A stretch of DNA of 15,107 nucleotides from Candidatus Zixiibacteriota bacterium (GCA_040235515.1 JBECKX010000132.1:1-15107), one strand, 5' to 3'. Counted from the stretch's first letter, positions 1 through 7,544 are shown. Notes: generated by a model from the sequence alone, not told the origin. Numbers and translations are program-made.

Positions 1-1
1 C

Positions 2-757
2 GAGTACCAGCATGGCTACCCGACGGCGGTGGCATCGCTGGCACTGGGGATCAAGCGTGGGGGGATCAAGACCAGGTATCGGCCGAAAGCGGCGCTGCTG
101 GCATCCGAGATCGTCTACGACTGGCAAAGAGAGATCATCGAGGAGGTTTTAGGGTGCCGGACATTCGCCCATTATGGTTTAACCGAGAAGACGGTGCTCG
201 CGGCGGAGTGTGAAGGCTCGAGCGACTATCATTGTGTGCCGCAGTATGGTGTTACCGAAGTCGAGGCGGAGAGCGGCGAGATTATCGCGACGGGGTTCCT
301 GAACCAGGCGCAGCCGTTAATTCGCTACAGGACCGGCGACCGGGCGACGAGTTCGTCGACAGATCGGTGCGGCGAGTGCAGCCGCGAGTACGGACCACTG
401 TTCAGCGCGATAGAGGGACGTCTTGCGGACACGATTCGCACACCCAGCGGCCAGTTGATCGCGCCGGGAGTGCTGACGCATCCATTCAAGAGCCTGCGGG
501 TTATCAAGGATGCACAGCTTCGGCAGCAGGCGGAGGACAGGATCGAGATTGCGGTGTCGAAGTGGCCGGAGTTTTCCGATGCCGACTTCGATGCGGAGAC
601 CCGGACTCTGGCGGCAGCCGTGGCACGGTTGGTGGGAGAGGGTGTCGCTGTGACGATTTCGCACGAGCAGGACCTGGGGCGTGGAGACTCCGGCAAGTTC
701 CGCTGGATCATCTCCGAAGTGGGAAAAGAATATGTTAGAGAGATCATGAAGCGATGA
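2..757 (+). CDS. Phenylacetate-CoA ligase family (PaaK/CapK-like) adenylate-forming protein, 5'-truncated by window edge
   Basis: The frame is open from position 2 (EYQHGYPTAVASL), so the ORF-track start at 29 is not the true start. Family motifs: HGYP, HYGLTE, GEIIATGFLN-QPLIRYRTGD, IEGR-D and C-terminal SGKFR. It sits upstream of a GT and a flippase, as CapK-like genes often do. Confidence 0.85.
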   Translation, partial: EYQHGYPTAVASLALGIKRGGIKTRYRPKAALLASEIVYDWQREIIEEVLGCRTFAHYGLTEKTVLAAECEGSSDYHCVPQYGVTEVEAESGEIIATGFLNQAQPLIRYRTGDRATSSSTDRCGECSREYGPLFSAIEGRLADTIRTPSGQLIAPGVLTHPFKSLRVIKDAQLRQQAEDRIEIAVSKWPEFSDADFDAETRTLAAAVARLVGEGVAVTISHEQDLGRGDSGKFRWIISEVGKEYVREIMKR

Positions 758-782
758 CTCTGATCTTAGTTGATGGTGACCG

Positions 783-1910
783 ATGCCGGTGACCACGGAA
801 AAGAAGATAGTCGGCCGCAGCAAACCGGTCAGACGCAGGATTGCGATCATCGGACCGTACCCACCTGCCTATGGAGGTATCTCGGTACATATCCAGCGGG
901 TGCTGCAACATCTGGAAGCGGAAGAGATCGAAGTGGATTTCTACTGCGAGACCGAGGTATCCACGGTAAAGTGCGGCCACCGGGTGTATGACTTCGCGGG
1001 CGCAAGGAAGGTGGGTGGCTTATGGAGGCTGTTGCGGGGCGGGTATGACCTGATTCATCAACATTCTCCCTCACCCCGGCTTCGTGTCGTGCTGGGCATA
1101 CTGGCAATGCTCGGCGCGCGGGTGTATTTGCACGTGCATGGAGCGTCCCTGAAGGATACAACCCGGGGCTCCAGCCTGATCGGATGGCTCACGCGCAAGG
1201 CGCTTCGTCATTGCCACGTACTGGCGGACAATGCAGAAATTGCTTTGCTCGCCGCAGAACTTGGCGCTCGATCGGTACAGGAAGTGGACGCATTTCTTCC
1301 CCCTGCCTTTGATCCGAACGTGCTGTCAGAGTTCCAGGTGGAGTTTGGCGAGCAGTTCGACGCGGGGCGGTTTACGATCTGTATGGTAGGATGGTTCGAA
1401 GAATACAAAGAGGCCGACCTGTATGGATTTGACACAGCGCTGGAAGCTCTCAGGCAACTGCGCGACGACAATAACGGCGACGTCGAGGTCAAACTGGTGG
1501 CGAGCGTGAATGGCGTGAAGTCGAAGGAGATTGAGGGTTGGATCGGGCAGTATATCGAGAAACATGGGCTTGCAGAGCAGGTCACCTTCATCCGTGGCTC
1601 GCTTGCGGAGATCTGGCCGCTATACGTTATGTCGGACCTGTTCATCCGCCCGAGTCGCTCAGATGGTTCCGCGCTGTCGCTGCTTGAGGCTGACTGGTTT
1701 GAAACGCCGGTTCTCGCCAGCGACTGCGTACCGCGGCCAAACCAGGTGACGACCTTCAAAACGGGGGATGCTGCGGCGTTGTGCGAGGCAATCAGACAAC
1801 TGATGTCCGGAGCGCGCCGAAGGGTTGCCGAAAAGGTCAGTCGGATTGAGAAAAAACGATTCAGATACAAATTGTTCACCGACATCTACGGCATCGGGAC
1901 AAACGAGTGA
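783..1910 (+). CDS. Glycosyltransferase family 4 (GT-B fold)
   Basis: N-terminal IAIIGPYPPAYGGISVH, YDLIHQH and LHVHG, plus the C-terminal donor-binding segment SDLFIRPSRSDGSALSLLEA...PVLASD...GDAAAL. Confidence 0.9.
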   Translation: MPVTTEKKIVGRSKPVRRRIAIIGPYPPAYGGISVHIQRVLQHLEAEEIEVDFYCETEVSTVKCGHRVYDFAGARKVGGLWRLLRGGYDLIHQHSPSPRLRVVLGILAMLGARVYLHVHGASLKDTTRGSSLIGWLTRKALRHCHVLADNAEIALLAAELGARSVQEVDAFLPPAFDPNVLSEFQVEFGEQFDAGRFTICMVGWFEEYKEADLYGFDTALEALRQLRDDNNGDVEVKLVASVNGVKSKEIEGWIGQYIEKHGLAEQVTFIRGSLAEIWPLYVMSDLFIRPSRSDGSALSLLEADWFETPVLASDCVPRPNQVTTFKTGDAAALCEAIRQLMSGARRRVAEKVSRIEKKRFRYKLFTDIYGIGTNE

Positions 1911-1917
1911 GATTCCG

Positions 1918-3249
1918 ATGTCGGTAGAGATTCCCTCCGCTGCTACACCGCCGCCGTTGAAGCGGGCTTCCAACCTGCTCAGGGATGTCGCTGGAAAAGG
2001 CTTCTTTCACCTGCTCTCGGCGAATTTCGTGATCAACTTGCTGGCGTTCGGTTCGCAAATCCTGGTTGTGAAGTTCCTGACTCCGGCTGAGATGGGAGAT
2101 ATCAAGACGATGCAGTCGTTCGTGGGGATTGCGGTGATCATCGCCGGTTTCGGTTTCAACACGGCGGTATTGAAGATCTGCTCGGAGAACAGGCCTACGG
2201 AGGAGCGTGCGGCTGTGTTGAAGGGGAGTTTCCGGTTCGTGTTGCTTCCGATTGTGCTGATCCTCGGGGTGATCGCAGTGATCGCGTCGTTGGGTTGGTT
2301 CTCACCGGAGTCACGAGTCAATGCGTGGATAACGGTCTTCATGCTCTCGATACCAGCTACGGTGGTAACGTCACTGATCATGATGTACCTGCAGGCGCTG
2401 AAGCGAATCAAGCTGATGGCACGATTGCAGACTGTGATCAGGCTGGCGGGAGTGGTTGCGATTGTAGCGTGCGCCTACCTGTATGGGTTTGCGGGGTTTG
2501 TTATCGCGACGGTGGCGGTTGCATTCGCGGCGCTGATTCCGTTGCTGTTTCTTGTCAGGGATGACCTGCGGATAGCGGAGCGGAGCTCTGACCTGATCAA
2601 GAGAACCTGGTACTTTGCGCGCTGGAGTTTCGCGGCTAACCTGGTGGGGACAATCAATGGGTATGTCGACATTCTCCTGCTCAACTACTTGATTGCCGAC
2701 CGTGTGGCATTCGGATACTACAGCATCGCTACGATTTTCATCCTGGGTTTGAACCAGATTACGGTGACGATACAGAGCATCGCGACGCCCTATTTTTCCG
2801 AAAAGGCGGGTGAAGAATCAGAGTTCAGACGTGTGTTGCGCAAGTATCAGAAGTTGATGGTATTGCTGGCATCCGCTGCGGCGCTCGCCGCATTTGTGAT
2901 CGTGCCGGAGTTCATTCGCTATTTCTATGGCGAGAGCTATGCCGACGCCGGGTTTTATTTCCGGTTGCTTACGCTCAAATACCTGGTGTGGAGCAGCTAC
3001 GCACTCGTGGGTGTGGCGTTGCTGGGGATGGGGAAAATCCGCTACAGTTTTTACTCGGCCGGCGCGGGACTGCTAGTTTCCAGTGTGCTCTCGTATCTTC
3101 TCATCATCCACTATGGACTGACCGGTGCGGCTGTTGCGCAGGTATTCGCAGCAGTCGTGATCGCAGCACTGGTATTTACGCTGATGAAGCGTGCCTTGCG
3201 CGAAGAATTTGACGGTCGGCACGCCTCCCAGCCCGGGATCGAAGAGTAA
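1918..3249 (+). CDS. Oligosaccharide flippase (Wzx / MOP superfamily polysaccharide transporter)
   Basis: Many hydrophobic helices; typical Wzx segments (LTPAEMG, GFGFNTAV, VDILLLNYL..FGYYSIA, PYFS, YGESY, LIIHYGLTGAAVA). I chose ATG 1918, 7 nt after the GT stop, over the ORF-track start 1825, which lies inside the GT gene. Confidence 0.88.
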   Translation: MSVEIPSAATPPPLKRASNLLRDVAGKGFFHLLSANFVINLLAFGSQILVVKFLTPAEMGDIKTMQSFVGIAVIIAGFGFNTAVLKICSENRPTEERAAVLKGSFRFVLLPIVLILGVIAVIASLGWFSPESRVNAWITVFMLSIPATVVTSLIMMYLQALKRIKLMARLQTVIRLAGVVAIVACAYLYGFAGFVIATVAVAFAALIPLLFLVRDDLRIAERSSDLIKRTWYFARWSFAANLVGTINGYVDILLLNYLIADRVAFGYYSIATIFILGLNQITVTIQSIATPYFSEKAGEESEFRRVLRKYQKLMVLLASAAALAAFVIVPEFIRYFYGESYADAGFYFRLLTLKYLVWSSYALVGVALLGMGKIRYSFYSAGAGLLVSSVLSYLLIIHYGLTGAAVAQVFAAVVIAALVFTLMKRALREEFDGRHASQPGIEE

Positions 3250-3308
3250 CTCGGCTTCACGCAACGAACTGCGTTAGCGATATAGCGACACCGTACGCCG
3301 ATTGTGTG

Positions 3309-4838
3309 CTATGGACAGGTCGCGCAGGGCGCGGGTCCGCCACCAAAGATGAAGTTGATCAGGTGGACAGCATCGCCAATGCTTATGGCCCCGCTGCAGT
3401 CGGCGTCCGCAGCCTCCAACGGATCAGGTGCAGATCCGCCGCCGAAGATGTAGTTAATGATGTAAACTGCGTCACCGATCGAGATTGCACCGCTGCCGTC
3501 AGCATCGCCGCAAATGAAAGAGGGTTCGCAGTCGTCCGGGATGAAATTGCTATTGGTATCAGCAGCAAGCCCGAGTGCAACCTCACAGCTATCGGCGATG
3601 TAATTAGAATTACAGTCGGTGATGCCGGCTGCCGGTACGATCTTTCGAAGGGTACCGTTGCCGAAGATGATGTAGATTTCACCGAAGGCATCCTCGGCGA
3701 AAGAAAATAGTCCAAAGTCACCTACGTCGAGCTCAGTCGTGCGTTCCTGAAACTCGGTCGTATCGCTGCCATCGTAGCGGAATGACCAAACCTGCCCGGA
3801 GCAGTAATCACCGAAGAAATAGGTTCCCTGCAAGTCGGGAATCGCGCAGCCGCGGTAGACATAACCACCGGTGACAGAGCATCCGGTCGCGTGGCTATAC
3901 TCGTAGATTGGATCTGTGGTGATTCCGAGCGGATCGCAGTTGGTCGGCGGGCTGTAGCAATGGAGACCTTCTCTAAGATTCCACCCAAAATTGACATTGC
4001 CACTGTCGGCCGCGGGGCGCCAGTTGATTTCTTCCCAGGTATTCTGGCCGACGTCGGCGATGTAGAACTCCCCTGTCTCGCGATCAAAGCTATTACGCCA
4101 GGGATTGCGCAATCCCCAGTAGAAGACCTCGGCGGCACCTCCTCCACTGACAAAGGGATTGGAGGGTGGGATGGCGTAAGGTGTTCCGCTGTCGACATCG
4201 ATGCGAATGATCGAGCCCAAGAGGGTATTGGGATTTTGGCCATTATCGTCGGGATCGCCACCACCCCCACCATCGCCGAGGGCGACGTAGAGGTAACCAT
4301 CGGGGCCGAAGCCAATCCAGCCGCCGTTATGGTTGCTCTGTCCGGGGTGCGCGAACTGGAGTATCTGCAGCGCCGATGCCGCTACGGCGGAGTCGGGATC
4401 GGAAGCGGACACCTGGTAGCGGGTGAGAACATTGTTCCCGGAATTGTTGGTGTGGTAGGTGAAGAAGTAGCCGTTGGCGGCATAGTTCGGATGGAACGCC
4501 AGCCCCAGCAGGCCCTCCTCGTTACCGGTGTTGACCCCCGAAACGACCAGGAACGGGCGCGGCTTGAGAGTGCGAGTGGCCAGATCGAGGATTTTGATAT
4601 CGGCGCGGGAGGCGAAGCCATCGACGCCGCGTTGTTCAACGATGAAGAGGCGTTCATAGTCACCCTCGGGAGCCGTGGCGAAAACGGGACGGGTCAGACC
4701 AGAGATCACAACCTCGGAGGTGATCGGTGTCTGCGCTGTAGCGATCTGTGTGAATGCAGATATCAGGGTTAGCAGTGCAAGCACGGTGGCTATGCAACGA
4801 AGTGGGGGTGATGCTGAACTGGCAAAATCGAAGGTCAT
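3309..4838 (-). CDS. Secreted PQQ-dependent sugar dehydrogenase-like protein (glucose/sorbosone dehydrogenase beta-propeller) with C-terminal Ca-binding-type repeats and dockerin-like domain
   Basis: Motifs GLLGLAFHP, NHNGGWIGFGPDGYLYVALGDGG, GLRNPWR-SFD, DVGQNTWEEIN, SVTGGYVYRG and YFFGDY. Signal-peptide-like N-terminus (..VLALLTLISAFTQIATA-Q). AAGGAG SD 9 nt upstream of the ATG. Duplicated DADxSGAISIGDAV tail. Confidence 0.88.
   Translation of the reverse strand: MTFDFASSASPPLRCIATVLALLTLISAFTQIATAQTPITSEVVISGLTRPVFATAPEGDYERLFIVEQRGVDGFASRADIKILDLATRTLKPRPFLVVSGVNTGNEEGLLGLAFHPNYAANGYFFTYHTNNSGNNVLTRYQVSASDPDSAVAASALQILQFAHPGQSNHNGGWIGFGPDGYLYVALGDGGGGGDPDDNGQNPNTLLGSIIRIDVDSGTPYAIPPSNPFVSGGGAAEVFYWGLRNPWRNSFDRETGEFYIADVGQNTWEEINWRPAADSGNVNFGWNLREGLHCYSPPTNCDPLGITTDPIYEYSHATGCSVTGGYVYRGCAIPDLQGTYFFGDYCSGQVWSFRYDGSDTTEFQERTTELDVGDFGLFSFAEDAFGEIYIIFGNGTLRKIVPAAGITDCNSNYIADSCEVALGLAADTNSNFIPDDCEPSFICGDADGSGAISIGDAVYIINYIFGGGSAPDPLEAADADCSGAISIGDAVHLINFIFGGGPAPCATCP
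3312..3512 (-). repeat. Intragenic duplicated dockerin-like repeat (two copies)
   Basis: GDADGSGAISIGDAVYIINYIFGGGSAP and ADADCSGAISIGDAVHLINFIFGGGPAP; each is a DxDxSGxIxIxD EF-hand-like loop followed by a helix, as in type I dockerins. Confidence 0.85.
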
Positions 4839-5149
4839 GCTTTTTTACTCCTTCCGGCAGCAGCCGGGAATCAACCGGGTTGCGGCTCAGAGCCTGCCAC
4901 ACCCCGGAAGCGGGTTGTCTATCGGGATAGTTGGTTTTGTGCCGCTGACCCGATCAGAGACGGGGAGAATCAACAGCCGGTAAAGCTGTGCAGTATGGCG
5001 TTGCCGAGGCAGTGCTCCGCTGTTGTCGGCAACAATGATGAATATGCACGATCGATATACGGAATATAGCGCGGCGGTCGTTGCCTGAACAGTGATAAAT
5101 TGGAGTTACGATGTTGTTAATCGGGTTGCGGGGAATGCTGTGAAAGGCA

Positions 5150-5178
5150 AAGTCGGGCTCTCGATGAGAGCCCGACTT
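5150..5178 (-). terminator. Probable intrinsic terminator downstream of the 5213-5989 gene
   Basis: Perfect 13-bp inverted repeat AAGTCGGGCTCTC-gat-GAGAGCCCGACTT about 35 nt after the stop codon; the minus strand continues TGCCTTTC, an imperfect U-tract. Confidence 0.7.
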
Positions 5179-5212
5179 GAAATGCGATTATATTGCGGAC
5201 TGAGCGGAGCGA

Positions 5213-5989
5213 CTAGTTGCCGCCACCCTGCCCGGCGCCCTGCTGCATCTGCTGCAGCCTCTTCATCATCTCGGACTGCGGGACGGCGTCGGCCGGGACC
5301 ACGAAAAGTGAATCGGGCACTTCGATATTGATTTCCATGCTTTCGAAGGTAATCATCATCTGGCCCTGCGGCGATGAGCCGGAGACGTTCACTTTGAAGG
5401 GGCGGACGATCTTGTCACCAACCTTCTCGTGCTTGGAATAGGTGATGGTATTCGCGCCTGACTTCTCGCGCACGATATAGAAGGATTCTGAGTCGATATA
5501 GAAGAGCGAGGTGTCGTTGTCTTTGGGATCGACCAGTTCGATCTTGTAAGCCGTGGCGCCTTTGACCATATCTTCACCGAGGTACTTCGCCTGATATCCC
5601 TTAGACTTGTAGCCGAGCAACTTCGAGAGTTCGGTCTGCTCAAGGGCGTTTTTCCGGTCATTCCCTTCGAGGATCATGGCGCCACCCATCATCGGGCTGT
5701 TCTGCCAGGCGACGTCACCATTCACGCCACCGGACATGACCTGGGTGTTATTCATGCTGGCCTGCATAAAGGCTTTGTCGGGCATGACGACGATCGATTC
5801 GAAGTCGAGGGGCATGCCGCTGGCAAACATGTTACCGGACATCTTAATTGATTTGATATCCTTGAAGGCTTGTTCACCGCCGATTGCTTCGACATGCTTG
5901 GCGATGATTTCGTCCGCCGTCATTTCGGCAAAGAGAACCGGGGCGGCGGTCAAAATCATGATTGTCATAAAGATTGCGAGTTTTTTCAT
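5213..5989 (-). CDS. Exported hypothetical protein resembling the outer-membrane lipoprotein-sorting (LolA-like) families; Met-rich
   Basis: Start moved to ATG 5989 (MKKLAIF), which has a GGAGG SD upstream and a Sec signal peptide ending VLFA. The pattern TADEIIAKHVEAIGG..G.NGDVAW..YLGED.V.G..AYKIEL..FYID..F.VP matches my recollection of LolA-like sorting-protein families. The gene call is solid; the function is tentative. Confidence 0.65.
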   Translation of the reverse strand: MKKLAIFMTIMILTAAPVLFAEMTADEIIAKHVEAIGGEQAFKDIKSIKMSGNMFASGMPLDFESIVVMPDKAFMQASMNNTQVMSGGVNGDVAWQNSPMMGGAMILEGNDRKNALEQTELSKLLGYKSKGYQAKYLGEDMVKGATAYKIELVDPKDNDTSLFYIDSESFYIVREKSGANTITYSKHEKVGDKIVRPFKVNVSGSSPQGQMMITFESMEINIEVPDSLFVVPADAVPQSEMMKRLQQMQQGAGQGGGN

Positions 5990-6129
5990 CAGATTCCCTC
6001 CTGGGGCAAGTAGTGTCGAGTATAGTACTTCGAGTCGTCGCAGCGACTCAGGTTTGTTCACTGGTTTGTCCTCTGGTCTGTCAAAGCCATGCAGCTCCGC
6101 TGGGCGTCATGGAGTTGATTAGAGCCTGT

Positions 6130-6158
6130 AGTGTACGCCAAATCGTAAGAAATGGCAA
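6130..6158 (-). promoter_or_regulatory. Candidate sigma70 promoter for the 5213-5989 gene
   Basis: The minus strand reads TTGCCA-17 nt-TACACT, about 140 nt upstream of the ATG. Confidence 0.5.
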
Positions 6159-6234
6159 CAGGTTAACGACTGCGCCCTGGGATGGGATCAAGTCGGTGGG
6201 TTTGGGAGGCAGCGCGGCAGCGGCGCAATTTTGT

Positions 6235-6263
6235 TTGCAAAGGCCTGGGACACTCCATATTTT
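6235..6263 (+). promoter_or_regulatory. Candidate sigma70 promoter for the barrel/lipoprotein operon
   Basis: TTGCAA-17 nt-TATTTT, ending 53 nt upstream of ATG 6317. Confidence 0.45.
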
Positions 6264-6316
6264 CATCGCGATAGATACAATCGAATGCGAAGCAGCGTTT
6301 CAAATCAGGAGGAAAA

Positions 6317-6910
6317 ATGAACTTGAGAAATGCGGTAGTGCTGCTGCTGTTTGTGGTCCTAGTGGTTGCGCCACAAGCAGATGCGTACCGGTTTTCGGTG
6401 GGAGCCTTCGGTGGATTAAATATTCCGGTGGCACAGGAGGATGCGGAATCAGGTACAGCGTATGGTATCAAAGCGCGACTTCCTTTGACCGGATTCATCG
6501 CTGTGGAGCCAAATTACACGTACCTGAAGAATGGCGACGGCGAAGTGTTGGTCGATGTCAATGGCTGGGATGAGACAATGACCAATGAGGGAGGCACGTT
6601 CAATAGCTTCGGCGTTGATCTGTTGATCGGCAGCGTGCTGGGCTATCAGGGTTTCGGCGCCTACGGGATAGTGGGCCTCTCGACTGCCAAGTTTGAGCGC
6701 AACGGGCTGCCGAGCAACTCCAACGGGTCTTACTGGCTCGGATTGGGGTTTGAGTATGCGTTCAACGATCAGATCTCGCTGGAGATGCGAGGCAAAGCGA
6801 TTATTTTCCCCTACGATGATTCGACCAATCCGTTCAGCAGCGACAAGGGTTCGCGCAAGAATGGCCTGCTGACGGTGGGTGTAAACTATTACTTCGGCTT
6901 CACGCAGTAA
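6317..6910 (+). CDS. Small outer-membrane beta-barrel protein (OmpA-transmembrane-like, probably 8 strands)
   Basis: AGGAGG SD and a signal peptide ending ADA. Alternating amphipathic strands (FSVGAFGGLNIP, AYGIKARL, IAVEPNYTY, WLGLGFEYAFNDQISLEMRG) and a terminal strand LLTVGVNYYF. Confidence 0.8.
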   Translation: MNLRNAVVLLLFVVLVVAPQADAYRFSVGAFGGLNIPVAQEDAESGTAYGIKARLPLTGFIAVEPNYTYLKNGDGEVLVDVNGWDETMTNEGGTFNSFGVDLLIGSVLGYQGFGAYGIVGLSTAKFERNGLPSNSNGSYWLGLGFEYAFNDQISLEMRGKAIIFPYDDSTNPFSSDKGSRKNGLLTVGVNYYFGFTQ

Positions 6911-6922
6911 GGAGGTGCTGAC

Positions 6923-7468
6923 ATGACGAAGAGATTTGTTCTGTTCACGCTCAAGTCGGCACTGGCGGTGCTGGCGCTGATGGTGATTATGGGCGCCAAT
7001 TGTGTCACGAGCGGCAACGTGGTCATCATCGAGGAGATCGAGGACTTCGTGGCGCAGACTTCGAGCACATTGACGACCGAGAATGTCAATCTTACCGAGA
7101 ATGAGGATTGGCAGGACCAGAAGGAAGATATCAACAGCATCGACGATATCGGCTTTGCGTGCCGGATCACCAACAACGCTGCTGCTACGGCTGCAGGTCA
7201 GCTCTGGATTTCGAAGGCGAAGCAGCAGACCACCATTGAGGCGATCAAGACGAATGGCGTGCTTGTGCTCGATGGCATAACGGTTGAGCCGGGTCAAACC
7301 CGCGAGATCAAGTGGGGCGAGTCACACGATTTCATCAAGAATTTCGATGCCACCAAGGAAGTGATTTTCGCCGAGAACTTCTGGGTGTATTTCATCGCGT
7401 CGGAAGTGCCGTTCAATATCACGGTCGAGGATATTGTCCTGATCATGTCGATCAACGGCAAGCCGTAG
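6923..7468 (+). CDS. Hypothetical protein, probable lipoprotein
   Basis: Very strong SD TAAGGAGGT overlapping the upstream stop codon. Basic N-terminus, hydrophobic stretch, then MGAN-C (atypical lipobox). The mature part is beta-strand-like and acidic; I do not recognise the family. Confidence 0.7.
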   Translation: MTKRFVLFTLKSALAVLALMVIMGANCVTSGNVVIIEEIEDFVAQTSSTLTTENVNLTENEDWQDQKEDINSIDDIGFACRITNNAAATAAGQLWISKAKQQTTIEAIKTNGVLVLDGITVEPGQTREIKWGESHDFIKNFDATKEVIFAENFWVYFIASEVPFNITVEDIVLIMSINGKP

Positions 7469-7492
7469 TAGAGAGCGATCACGCGTATATTG

Positions 7493-7530
7493 GGGAGGTG
7501 GATTTTGGTGATCCACCTCCCTTTTCTTTT
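7493..7530 (+). terminator. Intrinsic terminator of the barrel/lipoprotein operon (between convergent genes)
   Basis: Perfect 11-bp stem GGGAGGTGGAT/ATCCACCTCCC with a 7-nt loop, followed by TTTTCTTTT. Confidence 0.88.
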
Positions 7531-7544
7531 CTGTGTGGTTGCGT

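Noticed and set aside
1208..1885. 225-aa minus-strand ORF
   Set aside because: Ser-rich antisense shadow of the GT4 gene.
3250..3308. Possible bidirectional terminator between flippase and dehydrogenase
   Set aside because: Only 5-bp stems (ACGCA/TGCGT, TCGGC/GCCGA) and no U-tract.
3891..4772. 293-aa + strand ORF (and 3306-3710)
   Set aside because: Antisense shadow of the dehydrogenase gene; no motifs or SD, and long shadow ORFs are expected in GC-rich coding DNA.
5106..5130. ECF-like GCAAC...CGTAA on the minus strand
   Set aside because: The spacer is 14 nt, too short for typical ECF promoters.
6079..6084. Perfect TTGACA on the minus strand
   Set aside because: No -10-like hexamer 16-18 nt downstream; it is part of the 12-bp repeat array.
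6160..6230. GC-rich intergenic stretch checked as possible tRNA or ncRNA
   Set aside because: No cloverleaf, no T-loop GTTC motif or CCA end; only a 6-bp TGCGCC/GGCGCA pairing.
5974..6573. 199-aa + strand ORF spanning the divergent intergenic region
   Set aside because: Overlaps the barrel gene out of frame and both promoter candidates; no protein-like features.
6449..7297. 282-aa minus-strand ORF
   Set aside because: Antisense to two genes with clear SDs and signal peptides; unrecognisable composition.
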